From contig OZ287700.1 in assembly GCA_965649825.1 (NCBI GenBank), positions 682,001 to 746,000 on the forward strand: a stretch of 64,000 bases of DNA, in the 5' to 3' direction. Below are positions 11,974 to 24,747 of this stretch, one piece after another. The notes beneath the pieces were generated by a model. The model did not search any database and was not told where the DNA came from. It worked only from the letters and a program-made list of their open reading frames with translations. The DNA is from Penicillus capitatus (Eukaryota; Plantae; Chlorophyta). The position numbers were made by a program, and so were the translations under genes. Every line of letters starts with the position of its first letter. Within the stretch, counting starts at the first letter, position 1.

Positions 11974-12580
11974 CGACGAATGCCGGGAGGCTTCGATCAA
12001 ACGATCTGTCCATCGGGAGGGGAGGTGGCGGCGCAGGCGAACATCGAGCATCGTGTTTGCTGCGGGTTCCGAAGTTGCCAGTTTTATAAAGACCATCCAT
12101 TATCCTTTTCCTTTCGATCATCACGTTTTTATCTTTTCAAGTCTTAGCATGGGGGGTTGACTCGAGATGCCAGCTCTGTAAGGTCTCTGTTCACATTGGA
12201 TCTGTGTTCGCTCTGCTGCGCCCTCGATCGCGCTTGACCTTCCTCGATGCTCCCTTCCTAGCCTGAGACACACACCTTCGCATCCAGTGGAGATATCACT
12301 CAGAACTCACTGCGACTCCCCTCTCGGATCTTGCCTCTCTCCTTGGAGGTGCCATGGGCGCCTTCAGGTATCAGGATCTGTCGACAGTCGAACGAAGCGG
12401 CCAGTGTACCTCTGCTAGATGTGATCGCCGCTCCCGATCTTCCGCCTCTCGCATGTAGATCGATTGAAGCTCTTTTCGTTCCAGTTCGATGAAATCGATT
12501 AGCTGGATGATGACCGCATGCTTATCGTACATTGTCATTTTCACTGCGCCTTTGCGTCTGTTGGGTTCAGGCATTCTTCC

Positions 12581-14306
12581 ATGGAACCGTCGCGAAATGC
12601 GTTCAGGTGTCGAAAACGGAAGGCAGAGGACACGCCAGGGGCTTCCGACGCGTCTGCGTTAAGCCCTTTAGGTGATGCTCTCAAGAACGAGGACATCTTG
12701 CTTAAGGTTCTCGGATATGTCGGGAATGATGATATTCGCGAATGTCGACGCGTCTGTCGTCGGTGGTATGAAGTTTGTGGACAAGTTCCATTCGCAAACC
12801 GCAACGACATAGACCTATGGCAACTCAGCAAACTGATAGAGAAGTTTCCCAATGTCACAGACGTGTCTCTCAAAGAATGTTCAGACAAAATCGATTTCCT
12901 GGACACACTCTTGACATTTTTGCCAAAGCTGAAAAGACTACGCACTCTAAGGCTATCACTGCATAAAGGACACCGAGTCCCAGAGGGTTTGTGCCCGATT
13001 CTTGTGTCCATGGATAGCCTACAGTCACTGTCACTCAACTTGCACGACGAGAGTGCCTTTATTGCTTGGATTGAAATCTTGAGACACTTGCCGGAACTCC
13101 TCTCTCTGAAGCTCTCATTTAGCGGTACTGTCAATACCGACCTGGGTATCGTCTCAGAGCTTCACAGACTTCGAGACTTGACATGCAATTTCCGTGTCTT
13201 CGTCAAAAGAGACGGGCGGCTTCTCTTCCCATCACTCAACCAACTCACGCGACTCAAGATCTGCTGTTCATATTCCCAGAGCAGACAAGTGCATGTCATG
13301 AACTTAAGAGTGAGCATCCGTCAGGCATACATCTTCCGTTTGAATCGCTTTTGTGCTTCTGCAGACTTTGGAACCCTTTGCCGCTTCTCTGCAGGTGTTG
13401 GATTTTGCAGGATTTACTAGACGCCGCTTGATTCAAGGGTTCTCGGCACTGCTGGCCTTTTCGCAATTGAAGACTCTTAGAATCGCGAACTCTAGTCTTA
13501 AAAACACCGACTTCTTTCTCATCCTTCCAAGATTAGATCATCTGACAGAACTGAAGTTCTGGGGATGTCACCTCGCATCCCCTTGTATCTCCCTGGATTC
13601 TATTAAGGCCCTCACTGGACTCAAGTCGCTTTGTCTCGACGTCCCGAAGACGTCAGTGGCCGCATATGAGACGACGGCTGCTTTTTCTGCTTTGTTGCGA
13701 TTGACATCCCTTACATTGAGCATTCACGGCATCTTGGGAAGATATTTGTATTGCCTGACGGCATTGGTCGATCTGACAATCAAGAGCAGTACTGCGTTGC
13801 CGCCGTACCTAGCAGATGCGATATGGTGCATGCAACATCTGACGTCTATACGACTCGGTGATCGGGAAGGAAAGTTCCAACTGCCGTCAGCTGCTTTGGA
13901 ACCGCTGAAAGAGCTCAAAGTAATAAAGTTCAAAAATGTACTGATTGCACCAGATTTCTTGGAAACCCTGGCAACGCTGCCCTGCATGACAGAATTGGAT
14001 TTCTATGTGCCCATTAGTTCCTTAGATCAATTTCAGTTTTATCCTCAACTAGGTCTTCTCTCAAACCTCGTTGTTTTGCGTATCCCTGCTGATCATACGA
14101 CGGTAGAGATTTTCGTTCATCGACTGGTTGGTCGTCTACCAAAGCTTCGAGAACTCGCACTCTATACTTGGCCGGATGCTACTTTGCGGGGCCTTACCTT
14201 CACTGAAGGTCGGCGGACACGAGAGCTAGAACCTGTATTACTAAATAGGTTCCCAAACCTTCGCCGGGTTTCCCAAATCTTTTTTGGAGCATATTGGATT
14301 ATATAA
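12581..14306 (+). CDS. F-box plus leucine-rich-repeat protein; one intron near 13310-13370
   Basis: F-box EDILLKVLGYVGNDDIRECRRVCRRW followed by many LxxLxxLxL repeats in two ORFs joined by gtgagc..ttctgcag. Confidence 0.85.
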
Positions 14307-14906
14307 TTTCTTTAAAGTGTGAATCACTTGTCGCCACGACCTGTTTATCTGATCATGCAGCCGACATCAATGCATCACTCGATCAAAGAACGCATTTCTC
14401 CTCATCGCAACTCGTTATTTGAGCCATCAAACAAAAACCTCGAAAACATATGAGTCTGTTAAAACCTCTGAGTCGTGCACAGTTGCGAATAAAACAATGC
14501 ACAAAGAGGATGTGTTGTACCACAATTGGACAGAACAGGATGGCTATACAGCAATGCTGTAAATGAACGATGGCGCGAGATTGAAGGACGATTTCAGTCC
14601 ACTACACCATCGGACAGTCTTTTCGCGGGATCTCGCAATCGACGTGCATCGGACGCTGGCAAACAGCTTAGAATTAATCGATGACCAGATCTTAACGACG
14701 CTATCGATCTTCCTGCCATTTGTTCACGTCTCAGTTACATGAAAAGAACACACAGCCACATAGCGAAGAAATGACGGAAGGGGAACAGATGTAAAGGGGG
14801 CCGCAGATACAGGTGCGCAAATGCACATTCCATTTCCAGATGTCCCATACAAGCAGAAATGCATGCGAAACGAACAAGATATCGACAGGATGAGGACCAC
14901 AAGCCA

Positions 14907-16372
14907 TCAGACATGCAGCGTCTCGTTCAGATTGAACTTGACATTGCACGAAAGCTGTGGTGTCTGATGCGGGATTCCCATAAACGACAGTACTGTATTG
15001 GTCAACTTATCGACAATCTTCCCCCCTATACCCGGTGTAGATGGCGTTCTTCCAGTCAGCTTTTCCATCGTCACGTGCATATGTGATAGCACTTGAGCAT
15101 AGGAAAGCCGCGGTCCCTTGCGCACCACCGCTTCGATGAATGCATGTGTGGCGGCGCCCGTATGCACACTACCGGACAGATCATCGGTGTCCTGTGCGAC
15201 TTGACTATCGGCACAGGCGCTGAAGAGAATGGCGATGCCTCCACTAGTGCCTTTGTATAACCGCGTTGGTCCTTCGCTTCGCCATTCGATGTTTCCGCCC
15301 TTGAGCTTTGTGTAGAATTCCAGATCCATTGCTGTCCCACTGTGACACGCATCGATGATGGCATGCAGATAGGCGCCTCTGGGCAAAGGATGGACGAGTT
15401 CGTTATTGATCTCATCGTCGATGATCTGACCAGCTGTCTGAAAATCGCAAGGGAGGAGCGTTTCATTCAGACCATCTCTCTCGTCTCCCGTGTGATCTGG
15501 CTTCTGCGAACCGTGACCGGAGAAATGAAAAAACAAGGAATCGCCCGGCTGCACATCTTGGACCAGCCATCGGAAATAGGAAAACATATTGGCGCGTGTG
15601 GGAATGGCGGCGCCCCTTGCATCGTCTGTTAGTATCCGGATGTTATCCTGTTGGAAGCCAAACTGTGTGAGCAGCATGTACTCGACATTCTTGGCATCGT
15701 GAATACACCCCTGAGAGCACACGTCAGCCAATGCTGGAGGAAAGAGAGGAAAAGTGTGACCTGCAATTCATACTGCGTTCCTCTGTAGTTGCACCCAATA
15801 ATCAAGGCTTTCTTTTTTGGCCGCATTCCATCAGCAGGAGTGACCATTGGAGGAGGGGGTGTCCACATGGTGGTCTGCTGTGGCGACGGGGAGATGCGTT
15901 GCTTTATTGGCGTCACATGCATTGGCGGAATTCGAGAAACTTGTCCTCCTATTGGCACTTGACCGTAGGCAGGAGGGTCTTTTCGTGGGACCAATCCATA
16001 ATCGACCGATTGCGAATGCATCGAAGATGTGTCTGAAAACCTACTATCATCGTCGACACTTTCAGGGACATACGGATTGGGTCTCGGCTGCGGCGGTGGT
16101 GGAGCTGGGAAAAGCGGCGGCGGAGCTGGGAAAGGCGTCAGATTCTGGCCGCTTGGAGGTACAGGTCCAGGAACAAAAGGCACGTGTGATGAGGAGTTCG
16201 AGCGAGGCCGCTGTGACTGCGGCGGTCGAGTGTCAGCCGTCGGCAGTTGAACGGGTGGCCCAGCATTGTAGTTTATCGTCGGATATCTGCTGTTCGGCGC
16301 TGGCGGCGGCGGTCCGACGATACCCGTATCGCGCTTATCCGTGCTCCGTTTCGACTTCCTGCTGCCTAACAT
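14907..16372 (-). CDS. Type I metacaspase with Pro-rich prodomain
   Basis: KKKALIIGCNY, ELQ/GCIHDA across an intron, FHFSGHG (catalytic His), DACHSG (catalytic Cys) and C-terminal QTPQLSC. Confidence 0.95.
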
Positions 16373-16445
16373 GATGTGCTAAACGTGCGTTTGACTTGGA
16401 TGGATTTAAGGCTGGATAGATGTTGCTGTCTCGTCATGGCTTGTC

Positions 16446-19400
16446 ATGTACCGGGCAATTCTCGACCATTCGCCGAAGCTTCGGGCCCAATGGATCGATC
16501 ACGATCGCATCTTGCTCCTTCGAGGGACGGTTCTCGCCATTCGTTCGACGACGCAATCGACGGTGGAGGTCTTCTGTCGAAATGTCGCCGGGCGTCGTGC
16601 GATGCCGCGAATCTAGGAGATCATCTCGGAGGACGTTCATGCGTTCGGATCATCATCTTCGACGCGATGCATCGCCTACGCGACGGTCGTGACAATCGCT
16701 CATCGAGAGGCAATCGAACGGCGTCGATGGCTCCGTAGTGCGCTGCTCGGCCGCGGATCATCTTGTATTGGCATCCGAGTCACAAACAGACAGTGATCCA
16801 CACGTCGGAATGCGAGACGCTCTGCACGTGCCTCTCTTTCTCGAATGATGGCGCATGGCTCGTTGCATCCATCCATTCCTCGGAGGACAACACACTGACG
16901 CTGTGGGATGTCGATAAAGTGATGCTTGGCCGCGTCGTCGAATCGACGAATGTGATGCCGTGCTGTAGAAATGCCCTATATCCAGCGTTCCGCTACCCTC
17001 AGCGATGGCATCATATCACGTGCAACCGGGAGAGACGTTTTGTTTCGCTGCCATCGATGATGAGCAGAATCTCGCCGTCTGGTCTTGTGAAGTCTTTTGG
17101 CATGGGCCTGAATTGAGGAAAGTGCCTCTGGCGTGGAACTCAATTCCTCGCCGCATCGTAAGCTGCTGCTGGCACGAAACAGTGAGATGCCTTATAAGCC
17201 TCTATTGGGTCATATGGAAACCCTAGGCGTTGCTTTTCCTCTGTACCGACGGTGGATTGCACCGCTGCACGGTTGGAAAAACGTGCGCGTTTCAGAAGAT
17301 GGGCGAAGTGCCTGTGATTTCGTCTGTATCGTCTATCTATGCCAACGACAATCGCTTGCTGATCGCAAGAAAGGGCGACACGCTCTTGACGGCACGTAAA
17401 GAAGACGGAGTAGGAGAGTACCATCGCGAGATGTTTCGCGAAAGAGCCGAACTGTATGACATCGAGCACATCGTCGAAAACGCATACATGCCTGGAAAAG
17501 TCCTCTTGCTCCATGCTTCTCGACTCTACACGCTACTCGATGTAAGCGCACCCCCGCCATCTCCGCTTCATTCCATCAAGGGTAACAATCGCAACGGAAC
17601 GACGCGCTACAGGTGACAGCCAACTCAGAGGACGGCATGACGATCACAGAGATCTCCCTTTGCAACGAGGAATGCAACGAAGTTGTCACGCAGAGAGCGA
17701 AAGTAGAGGAGGAGGAGACTGCCGCCAGATCGCAGAGGCATCCAGGTAGGAGGGATTCATTGTCCTGGAGAGATCGCTCTTGCGAGCGTGTCTTTCTCAA
17801 TAGGTTTGGCGGATGTCGACGATTCCATCGTCTCGAGGCTCGTCCTTCTGAAACAGAACCTTGAGCGACGCATCTTCTCCAATTCACGAGCCGACTCTCT
17901 GGAGAAAATGGATGAAGATGAGTTCATTCTCGACAAGGAAAGGGAAATGCGTTGCGCAGAAGAAAATGAGAAGCGTGTCCTGAATATCAAGAATCACGCT
18001 CAACATCTTATCGATCAATTGGAGAATCTAAAGTAGACGACGCACGCGGCATTTCTGGCAAGGCAGGGTTTTGGAACAAAGGGACCGAATCCGCGTTCAG
18101 TGTTGGGAAGGACATGCCATTCATCAGGGCGGCATCGTCGGCCTCGAAGATCCAGCGAGAATCGTCAAGAATTTTGAACTCGAACGCGAAGACGCCATCT
18201 CCATCCAACACTTTCGACAATCACGATTTCTACGCCGATGCGAGTTATCCCTTTCACGCGGCGGCGAATCGAAAACGGCATCGACGATCGAAGAAGCATC
18301 CGAGTCCGATGAGATTCTCGATCTTCTCTATCCCGAACACGAACTCGTGACCGTATCGAGACGCTGCACTCAGATTCGCCTTCTCGAGCGCTACATTCGA
18401 CGACGAAAGGTATGAAACGCATCTGCCATCATGGCACACCGTCTGTTTCGTGCTCGTGTGTTTTCAGGAAGAATTCCAAACGCAGTTCGAATCTGTACTC
18501 GCATCAAAGCAGAAATGCCTCGAGAAGATTCAGGAGAACAACGAAAAAGTGGAAGCGATCGTCGACTCGCTCATCGCTTTCGGCAAAGATTTGAACAAGG
18601 AAACGTATATATACCGTGCCGCGGACAGAGAAGACGTCGAGGCGCCGGAAGCTGTCCTTCTTGTCAAGGACTGCGAAATCCAACACGAAAAACCAAACAC
18701 GGATCCATCGCCAGCTCTGTCGACGGTTCGCCTTAGGCACGCGATGCCGAGAATTGAGGGATAGCAAATAGGAACCGGATGCGGACGCGCTAGCCGAACA
18801 GGAAACATACACACGCGGATTGCAGACGATGATGAATGGATCTCTAGACAACGCCATGTCCTTTGACGACATCGAAGCGGACCCGCCAGAATCCACGCAA
18901 CAAGATACGTCGATCTCGGCCGTCGAGCATCCAACATCAGTAATTGTTGCTCAACAGTTCTGCCCTTCTTTATCTGCACTGTTTGGAAATGAAGGATTCT
19001 CAGACGCAGGCAGTGAGAGTGACCGAAAGCCGAGCAAAGAGGGAAGCGCAGTTGGAGTCGGAACTGAAAGCGCGTATGAATGTCACACGCGAAACGCTCG
19101 AGGCATTCGATGCCGCACTCGAGGATTTGAGAACGCAACGAGATCAGATATGGTGGGAGATTTGCAAGACAGAGATGAAGATCGCCCTTCTCCAAAGATC
19201 CATTTTCGCCGCGTTGCATCCAGATCCGCCATCCGAAGCGCAGTGCATGATGATCGTCACTTCTGCCAAAGTGCGATCGCGTTTCGAAGCGCCTTGTCGG
19301 CGAGCGATCGCGAATAGGAAGATAAAGATAGCGCGACGGAGAAGCTGGAACAGTTGAAGTCTCTGATCGTCGAACGACAAGAGAAGTGCACGAGTCTGAC

Positions 19401-20653
19401 ATACGATGCACGCCGCATCGATCGATCGTTCAAATCGGAGTGCTCGAAATTGCAGAACGCACTGTATGGAGAACTGCAGAGGTGTTTCAAATGGCGAACC
19501 AATGAAAAGTTGCACCACTCTGTCCATAGAGCCGCCAACGACGTTTTTGTGCAGGTCTGAGGGAGATCTTGAAAAAATGCGTCCGGCGGGAGTGTCGACG
19601 CAAACGTGGCAAAAGGTCGTTGAATTGAGAGAAGCGCGGATGGACCTTGAACAAGAGTTGGCCCAAGAGCAACGCATTCTGAAATGTATGCGATATCAAA
19701 CGGAATTGCTCCAAGACAACGTCACCGCCGCAGAGCATACGACGCAGAACGCCATTAACATCGTTCGGCCTTTCGTGTTCAGCGATGGGCATCGCATTCG
19801 ATCTTTGGCCTTAGATTCAGCGAGAGAAGTCGAGGAGACAATCGATCGCATTCGATCTTGAACGCGTGCTCGATCTCGCCAACGGCCAACAAGAAATGCC
19901 GCCTAGTCCTTTTCTCTCTGAACATTTTGATCGCGGATGGATGATCGAGAAGCGTGCGCTCGATGCAATTAATGGCGCAATTCTCGAAAAGGCCGAGCAA
20001 AAGATCGCCGTTCTCCACCGAATCCAAGAATTCAAAAAAGGAGTCGATAAGCTTCGGTGGGAAAACGTTGGCCTCAGATTAAAAGTCACCTCACCTTTAC
20101 ACATACCCCACGATATCAAGCGTTTCTGTACAGACAGAGGATGTCATCGAGAAAACGAGAGAGATACAGTTACTCAGAATGGGCAAAGAGATGCGACACG
20201 TGCTTTCAAACGAGGCTCTAGAACGGCCACCGCAGAAAACTAAACAAGACAGATGCCAGGAAGCCGTCTACCTCAATAAGAAAATAAAAGAAAGAAAAGA
20301 GAGACTAGACCATCTGACATGTCAGTTGCGGAGAAAGAAAGCGGAGAACGCAGAGTTGATCATACAGCAACAGGACGCCTCGTCGTCCGATACAGATGCC
20401 ATCACCGACGTCGACGATTTCGACAGAGTCTACATTTCAAGGTGAGACATTTTTGATAAGAGTGACATGAGTGACGTCTCGTCATCTTAGGGAGATGGAA
20501 AAGCTGATCACGCACAAGAAACTGCGGGATCACTCTCGAAGGCAGAAACACGAAATCTCGGAAATGCAGAGTGTCTTAGAGAAATGGCACTTTCGCACTT
20601 TTCCGGCCTTCGTTACTCGGTCGTCCGGCTGTCCTGACACAGAGTGCGTGTAA
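16446..20653 (+). CDS. CFAP43: WD40 plus coiled-coil flagellar protein, CFAP43/WDR96-like; many exons
   Basis: N-terminal WD repeat (CLSFSNDGAWLVAS..LTLWD), long coiled coils, MRPAGVSTQTWQKVVELREARMDLEQE and terminal KKLRDHSRRQKHEISEMQSVLEKWHFRTFPAF, resembling the recalled CFAP43 C-terminus. Confidence 0.65.
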
Positions 20654-20804
20654 TGCTTAGCCGTGTGTTCGTGCGTTTCGTCCTGACCGATCTTCTAATC
20701 TTGTCGTACGCGTTCTTTGCATTTGACCCGTCCGCCGCCTTGGGCATTCCTTCGCGCACGTTTGTTCGTTTGTTCTCTCGTACTGTCCACACTGCTCGGC
20801 AGCA

Positions 20805-21398
20805 ATGGGTAGGCATCGAGTGTTCTGCACCGTCCGTCTCGATCTCTTCACTCTGCTGCTGTAGAGTCGCGTCACAAAGCTTACGAACTGCGCCACAAGA
20901 GTCGTTCAGAACTCAGCAGTCTCGTACGTCTTAGCTATCCGACCCCCACGATATACGCTTTTTTAGTTGGAGGATCTAAAGAACGAGCTCGGTGCCCTGC
21001 GTGTGGCCAAAGTGACTGGCGGCGCACCCAATAAACTCTCAAAGATGTGCGTCCTGTCCACCATCCTTTGCTCCACTGTGCCGTTCTAGATCTGTTGTGC
21101 GCAAATCGATCCATCGTGCGATGACGATCTATCGAGAACAGCAGAAGATCCAACTCGTGCGACGCTACAAAGAGGACATGGCAAAGAAACCGCACAAGAA
21201 GGTAGCCATCATCCATTATGCTTGACAGCGAAGAGCGCACACCAGCTGTGATGGTAGATCCACCTGCCTCTTGATCTGAGACCCAAACTGACGAGAGCCA
21301 AGCGCCGCGAACTGACCGCCGTGCAGAAGAGAAAGAAAACGCGCCGAATGCAACGCAAGCATTATCCTAAGATGCGCAAATTTGCATTAAAGGCTTGA
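20805..21398 (+). CDS. RPL35: 60S ribosomal protein L35 (uL29); 5 exons
   Basis: Spliced product contains [46 protein letters not shown] and RKFALKA; TGTAA lies just after the stop (21403-21407). Confidence 0.95.
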
Positions 21399-21561
21399 TA
21401 AGTGTAAGCAAGACAACATCGCACACAACATGTTATGCATTCCATGACGGTGTGGCTCATATCTCATATCCTCTTTTTTATCCCTAGCGAAAAATTAGAT
21501 ATCGATTGGATCGGTGGCTTAGCGGAAAATGCCACTCATGCAACGTTAGCTTTCATCGTTT

Positions 21562-22116
21562 TCAAGCTTCTCCCCTGTCTTCTTGAATCAACGAGTTCTG
21601 GCGATCGATGGTAAACGATGCCAGGAACATCACAAAGAACAGTGCAAAGTACGCCACGGCCGTAATGAAACTGAACCAGTAGGTCGACTTGAATACATCT
21701 GTATCCGATCCAGACCAGTCATAGCCCGTATCGTCATCGCTCTTGGAGAATCCCGTGTTAATATCGTCTTCGAATGCCACCAATACCAGACCGCACAGAA
21801 GGCAGAGTAGCGAAAGGTTCAGGGCCGAAGCGTTGATGAAACCGTACATGTAACCGACAGCAGAGCTGGAGACTTGTTTTCCCAGGAGGAGGAGGAAACT
21901 GAAGGCGGAAAAGGCGACAACGGCGGCGGCTCCTGCAAACGCCGCCACGAGAACGGCGACTGTTTGGTTGTCGGCATCATTCGCGTCGCTGTACGCTTCG
22001 TTGACTTTGGCAAAGGTTTTGAGGGAAAGGGCAGTGTAGACCGCAGCGATGACTGTACAAACGAGCCAGGTAATCCACAACACCGCACGAGAAACGCCAC
22101 AGTGGAAAGAGCACAT
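21562..22116 (-). CDS. Uncharacterised four-transmembrane protein; intronless
   Basis: 184-aa ORF with four hydrophobic helices separated by polar loops. Confidence 0.7.
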   Translation of the reverse strand: MCSFHCGVSRAVLWITWLVCTVIAAVYTALSLKTFAKVNEAYSDANDADNQTVAVLVAAFAGAAAVVAFSAFSFLLLLGKQVSSSAVGYMYGFINASALNLSLLCLLCGLVLVAFEDDINTGFSKSDDDTGYDWSGSDTDVFKSTYWFSFITAVAYFALFFVMFLASFTIDRQNSLIQEDRGEA

Positions 22117-22185
22117 ATTAAGGGGAGAATCGAAGGAGAGGTGTCTTGATGAACCTTACGAAAGAACAATAGAACCGCGCGGCCG

Positions 22186-23290
22186 CGTCCTGATGCGATC
22201 ATCTGTTGGTACGTTCAGACGTGGTTGGCCGTCAACAGCATTTGCGCGTTACGGACTTCGATGTCGAATCATGGAGGCGTGGACATCTCAGCAGTCCACG
22301 CAATTCACGTAAGACATTATTCGAGCTGCACAAACGCGAAGTGCCGTGGCTTAGAAACTCACTCGACAGAATGCGCTGCTCAAGGAGCAATTGCATCAAA
22401 GCGACGCCTACAAACTTATGAAAGAAATTGAACAACTGGAAGCTGAGGTCGGTCTCTCACGAATTGCTCGGAAGATGATGGAATGATGTGACATTCTGTT
22501 GCAGGACAAAGAATTGGAATGCATTGTCGACAACCTACACAAAGAAGTCGATCAGGTTCGAGTTCGTCTTCTTTGCTGTTTGATGTGGTGAGAAATGATG
22601 TGACAGGTCGTGCGAGCGGCCAAGCGTTTGCAGCACGTGGCTGCTGTGGAACACAACGAAGCACTCGAGAAAGTCTCTCGTGCCAAACTCTGTATTCAGA
22701 CCATCATTGAGGTAGATGACATGGCGAAAGGGACAGTCAGTTTGGCAATAGGAAGTGGTGTTTAGGAAGAAGGGGATTTTTTGTCGGAGCCAGATGCTTT
22801 TGTGGCGTCGTACTGGGATCGACTGGATCGCGTCGTGGACAAACTCGAAGAGGATCTCGGTGCCACCGCGTCCTTCATGCAGATCGACGAGGGCAGTTTG
22901 GATGAAGACGACACCGAATCCGAGATATGCCCACTCGTTACCCTGAACAACGCCACACGTCGGAGACTGCTTGTTCAAGTCAGGCCCGCCGCCAATTCCA
23001 CGAAGGATATATATAACAACGGTGCCGTAGGTCGAAATTGAGAGAGTGAATGAAGAAATAAGAGCGGAGTTGGAATACAGTGCCATGCTTGAACCTGTGA
23101 GTCATCCGATTCTTGACTTCGAAGATGACATCGACGCAGAGGCCGATGTGCTGGACAGTCTCGAGGCTGATATGAAACAGCAGCAGCAGATGACGTCTTG
23201 CCTTCCAGAGGTCTATGCATCCAATAAGCATACCAACATGTGCATTCAGCACGCTGTGAGCAATTTGACAGCCCAGGTTGCGAAGTAGTG
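22186..23290 (+). CDS. Hypothetical acidic/coiled-coil protein; multi-exon, boundaries uncertain
   Basis: Protein-like fragments (LLKEQLHQSDAYKLMKEIEQLEAE; YWDRLDRVVDKLEEDL; ELEYSAMLEP..DFEDDIDAEAD) separated by plausible GT-AG introns. Confidence 0.4.
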
Positions 23291-23630
23291 GCCTTGGTTC
23301 GATCGCCTAATATTTTATACGCTAAGTTCTGTTTTTGTTACACGGACTGTCATGTGTTCATCGGAAGATTCAGCACCGTCATTTCTACTGGTTTTTGGTT
23401 TATCTGACGGAAAGACAAAGAACAACGACTTGGTATGTAAATTCTGAAACTTGTTCGCGTTTATGATGTGGGTATGGACGGACACCAATCGCTAGCATCT
23501 GTGACAGGCATCGTCGTTGGCAGTGCTTTTCGATGTGATGATGATATACGGATCTTGGCATTAACACTTTCGATGTGCATGCAATGGCAACGACGAGGAG
23601 AACTGTTTGCATCGCCACACGTTTTTGATC

Positions 23631-24747
23631 ATGCGTCGCGAAGCGCTGCGCCGTTTAGTGCGGATTTGTGAAGAGCGATTTAACGAAGGCCTTTTCACAT
23701 CGCGATGGTTTTCCGCAGCGTCGATTCGGCCAACAGAGAGCGTTTATGGCGGCCAACGATCGACGCGGCCCATCACGCAACGAGTCATACGCGACAAATT
23801 TCTCCAGGGCGAGACACTGAGTATGGTCACCGCTTACGACTATCCTTCGGCGGTGCACGTGGAGAATTCTGAGATCGATTTCCTTTTGGTCGGCGATTCG
23901 GCGGCAATGGTCGTACACGGATACGAGACAACGCTGCCAATCACATTGGAGGAGATGATCCTCCACTGCCAGTCCGTTGTGCGTGGCGCCTCGCGGCCCT
24001 TCATCATTGGCGATCTGCCCTTTGGATCCTACGAGATCTCGACGCAGCAGGCCATCGCATCGGGCACACGTATGTTAAAAGAAGGACGCGTCGATGCCAT
24101 TAAACTTGAAGGAGGCACGGAACCTCGTGTCGAAGCCGTTCGGGAAATGACAAAGGCAGGCATCGCAGTGATGGGACATGTGGGGCTGACGCCGCAGATG
24201 ATCAGTGTCCTGGGTGGATTTCGACCACAGGCGCAACTGGCCGAGGAGGCAATTTTGACGGTTCGACAGGGAAAGGCGTTAGCAGAAGCCGGATGCTTTG
24301 CACTGCTCCTTGAATGTGTCCCCGCCGCCGTGGGGGCAGCATTGCAATGTGCTCTAGACATTCCAGTCGTCGGCATCGGCGCGGGACCTGCCTGTGCTGG
24401 ACAGGTCACACTTTTGCCTCTGTGTTTTATCCATCAAATAGATGTGACTGCAGGTATTGGTTTTTCACGATCTCTTGGGATTTGTCCAACACCCACATCA
24501 CGCCAAAGTGATGCCGAAGTTTTGCAAACGCTACAGTGAGGTCGGCAAGATGATTAGCGGTGCCTTAGCGGATTTCAATCGCGATGTCAAGAGTAACATC
24601 TTTCCTGGAAAAGACTATTCGCCATATCCCATCAAACAGGCAGAACTCGACAAACTCTGTGCCGTTCTCGAAGAAGAAGGCATGCATGAAGCAGCAGACG
24701 CTGCTTCGCTACAATACGAAAAACACAAAAAAACAGACACGGCATGA
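23631..24747 (+). CDS. panB: 3-methyl-2-oxobutanoate hydroxymethyltransferase (ketopantoate hydroxymethyltransferase), organellar
   Basis: MVTAYDYPSA, LVGDSAAMVVHG, GDLPFGSYE, IKLEGG, VMGHVGLTPQ, GIGAG and VFHDLLG; one intron near 24405-24453. Confidence 0.97.
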
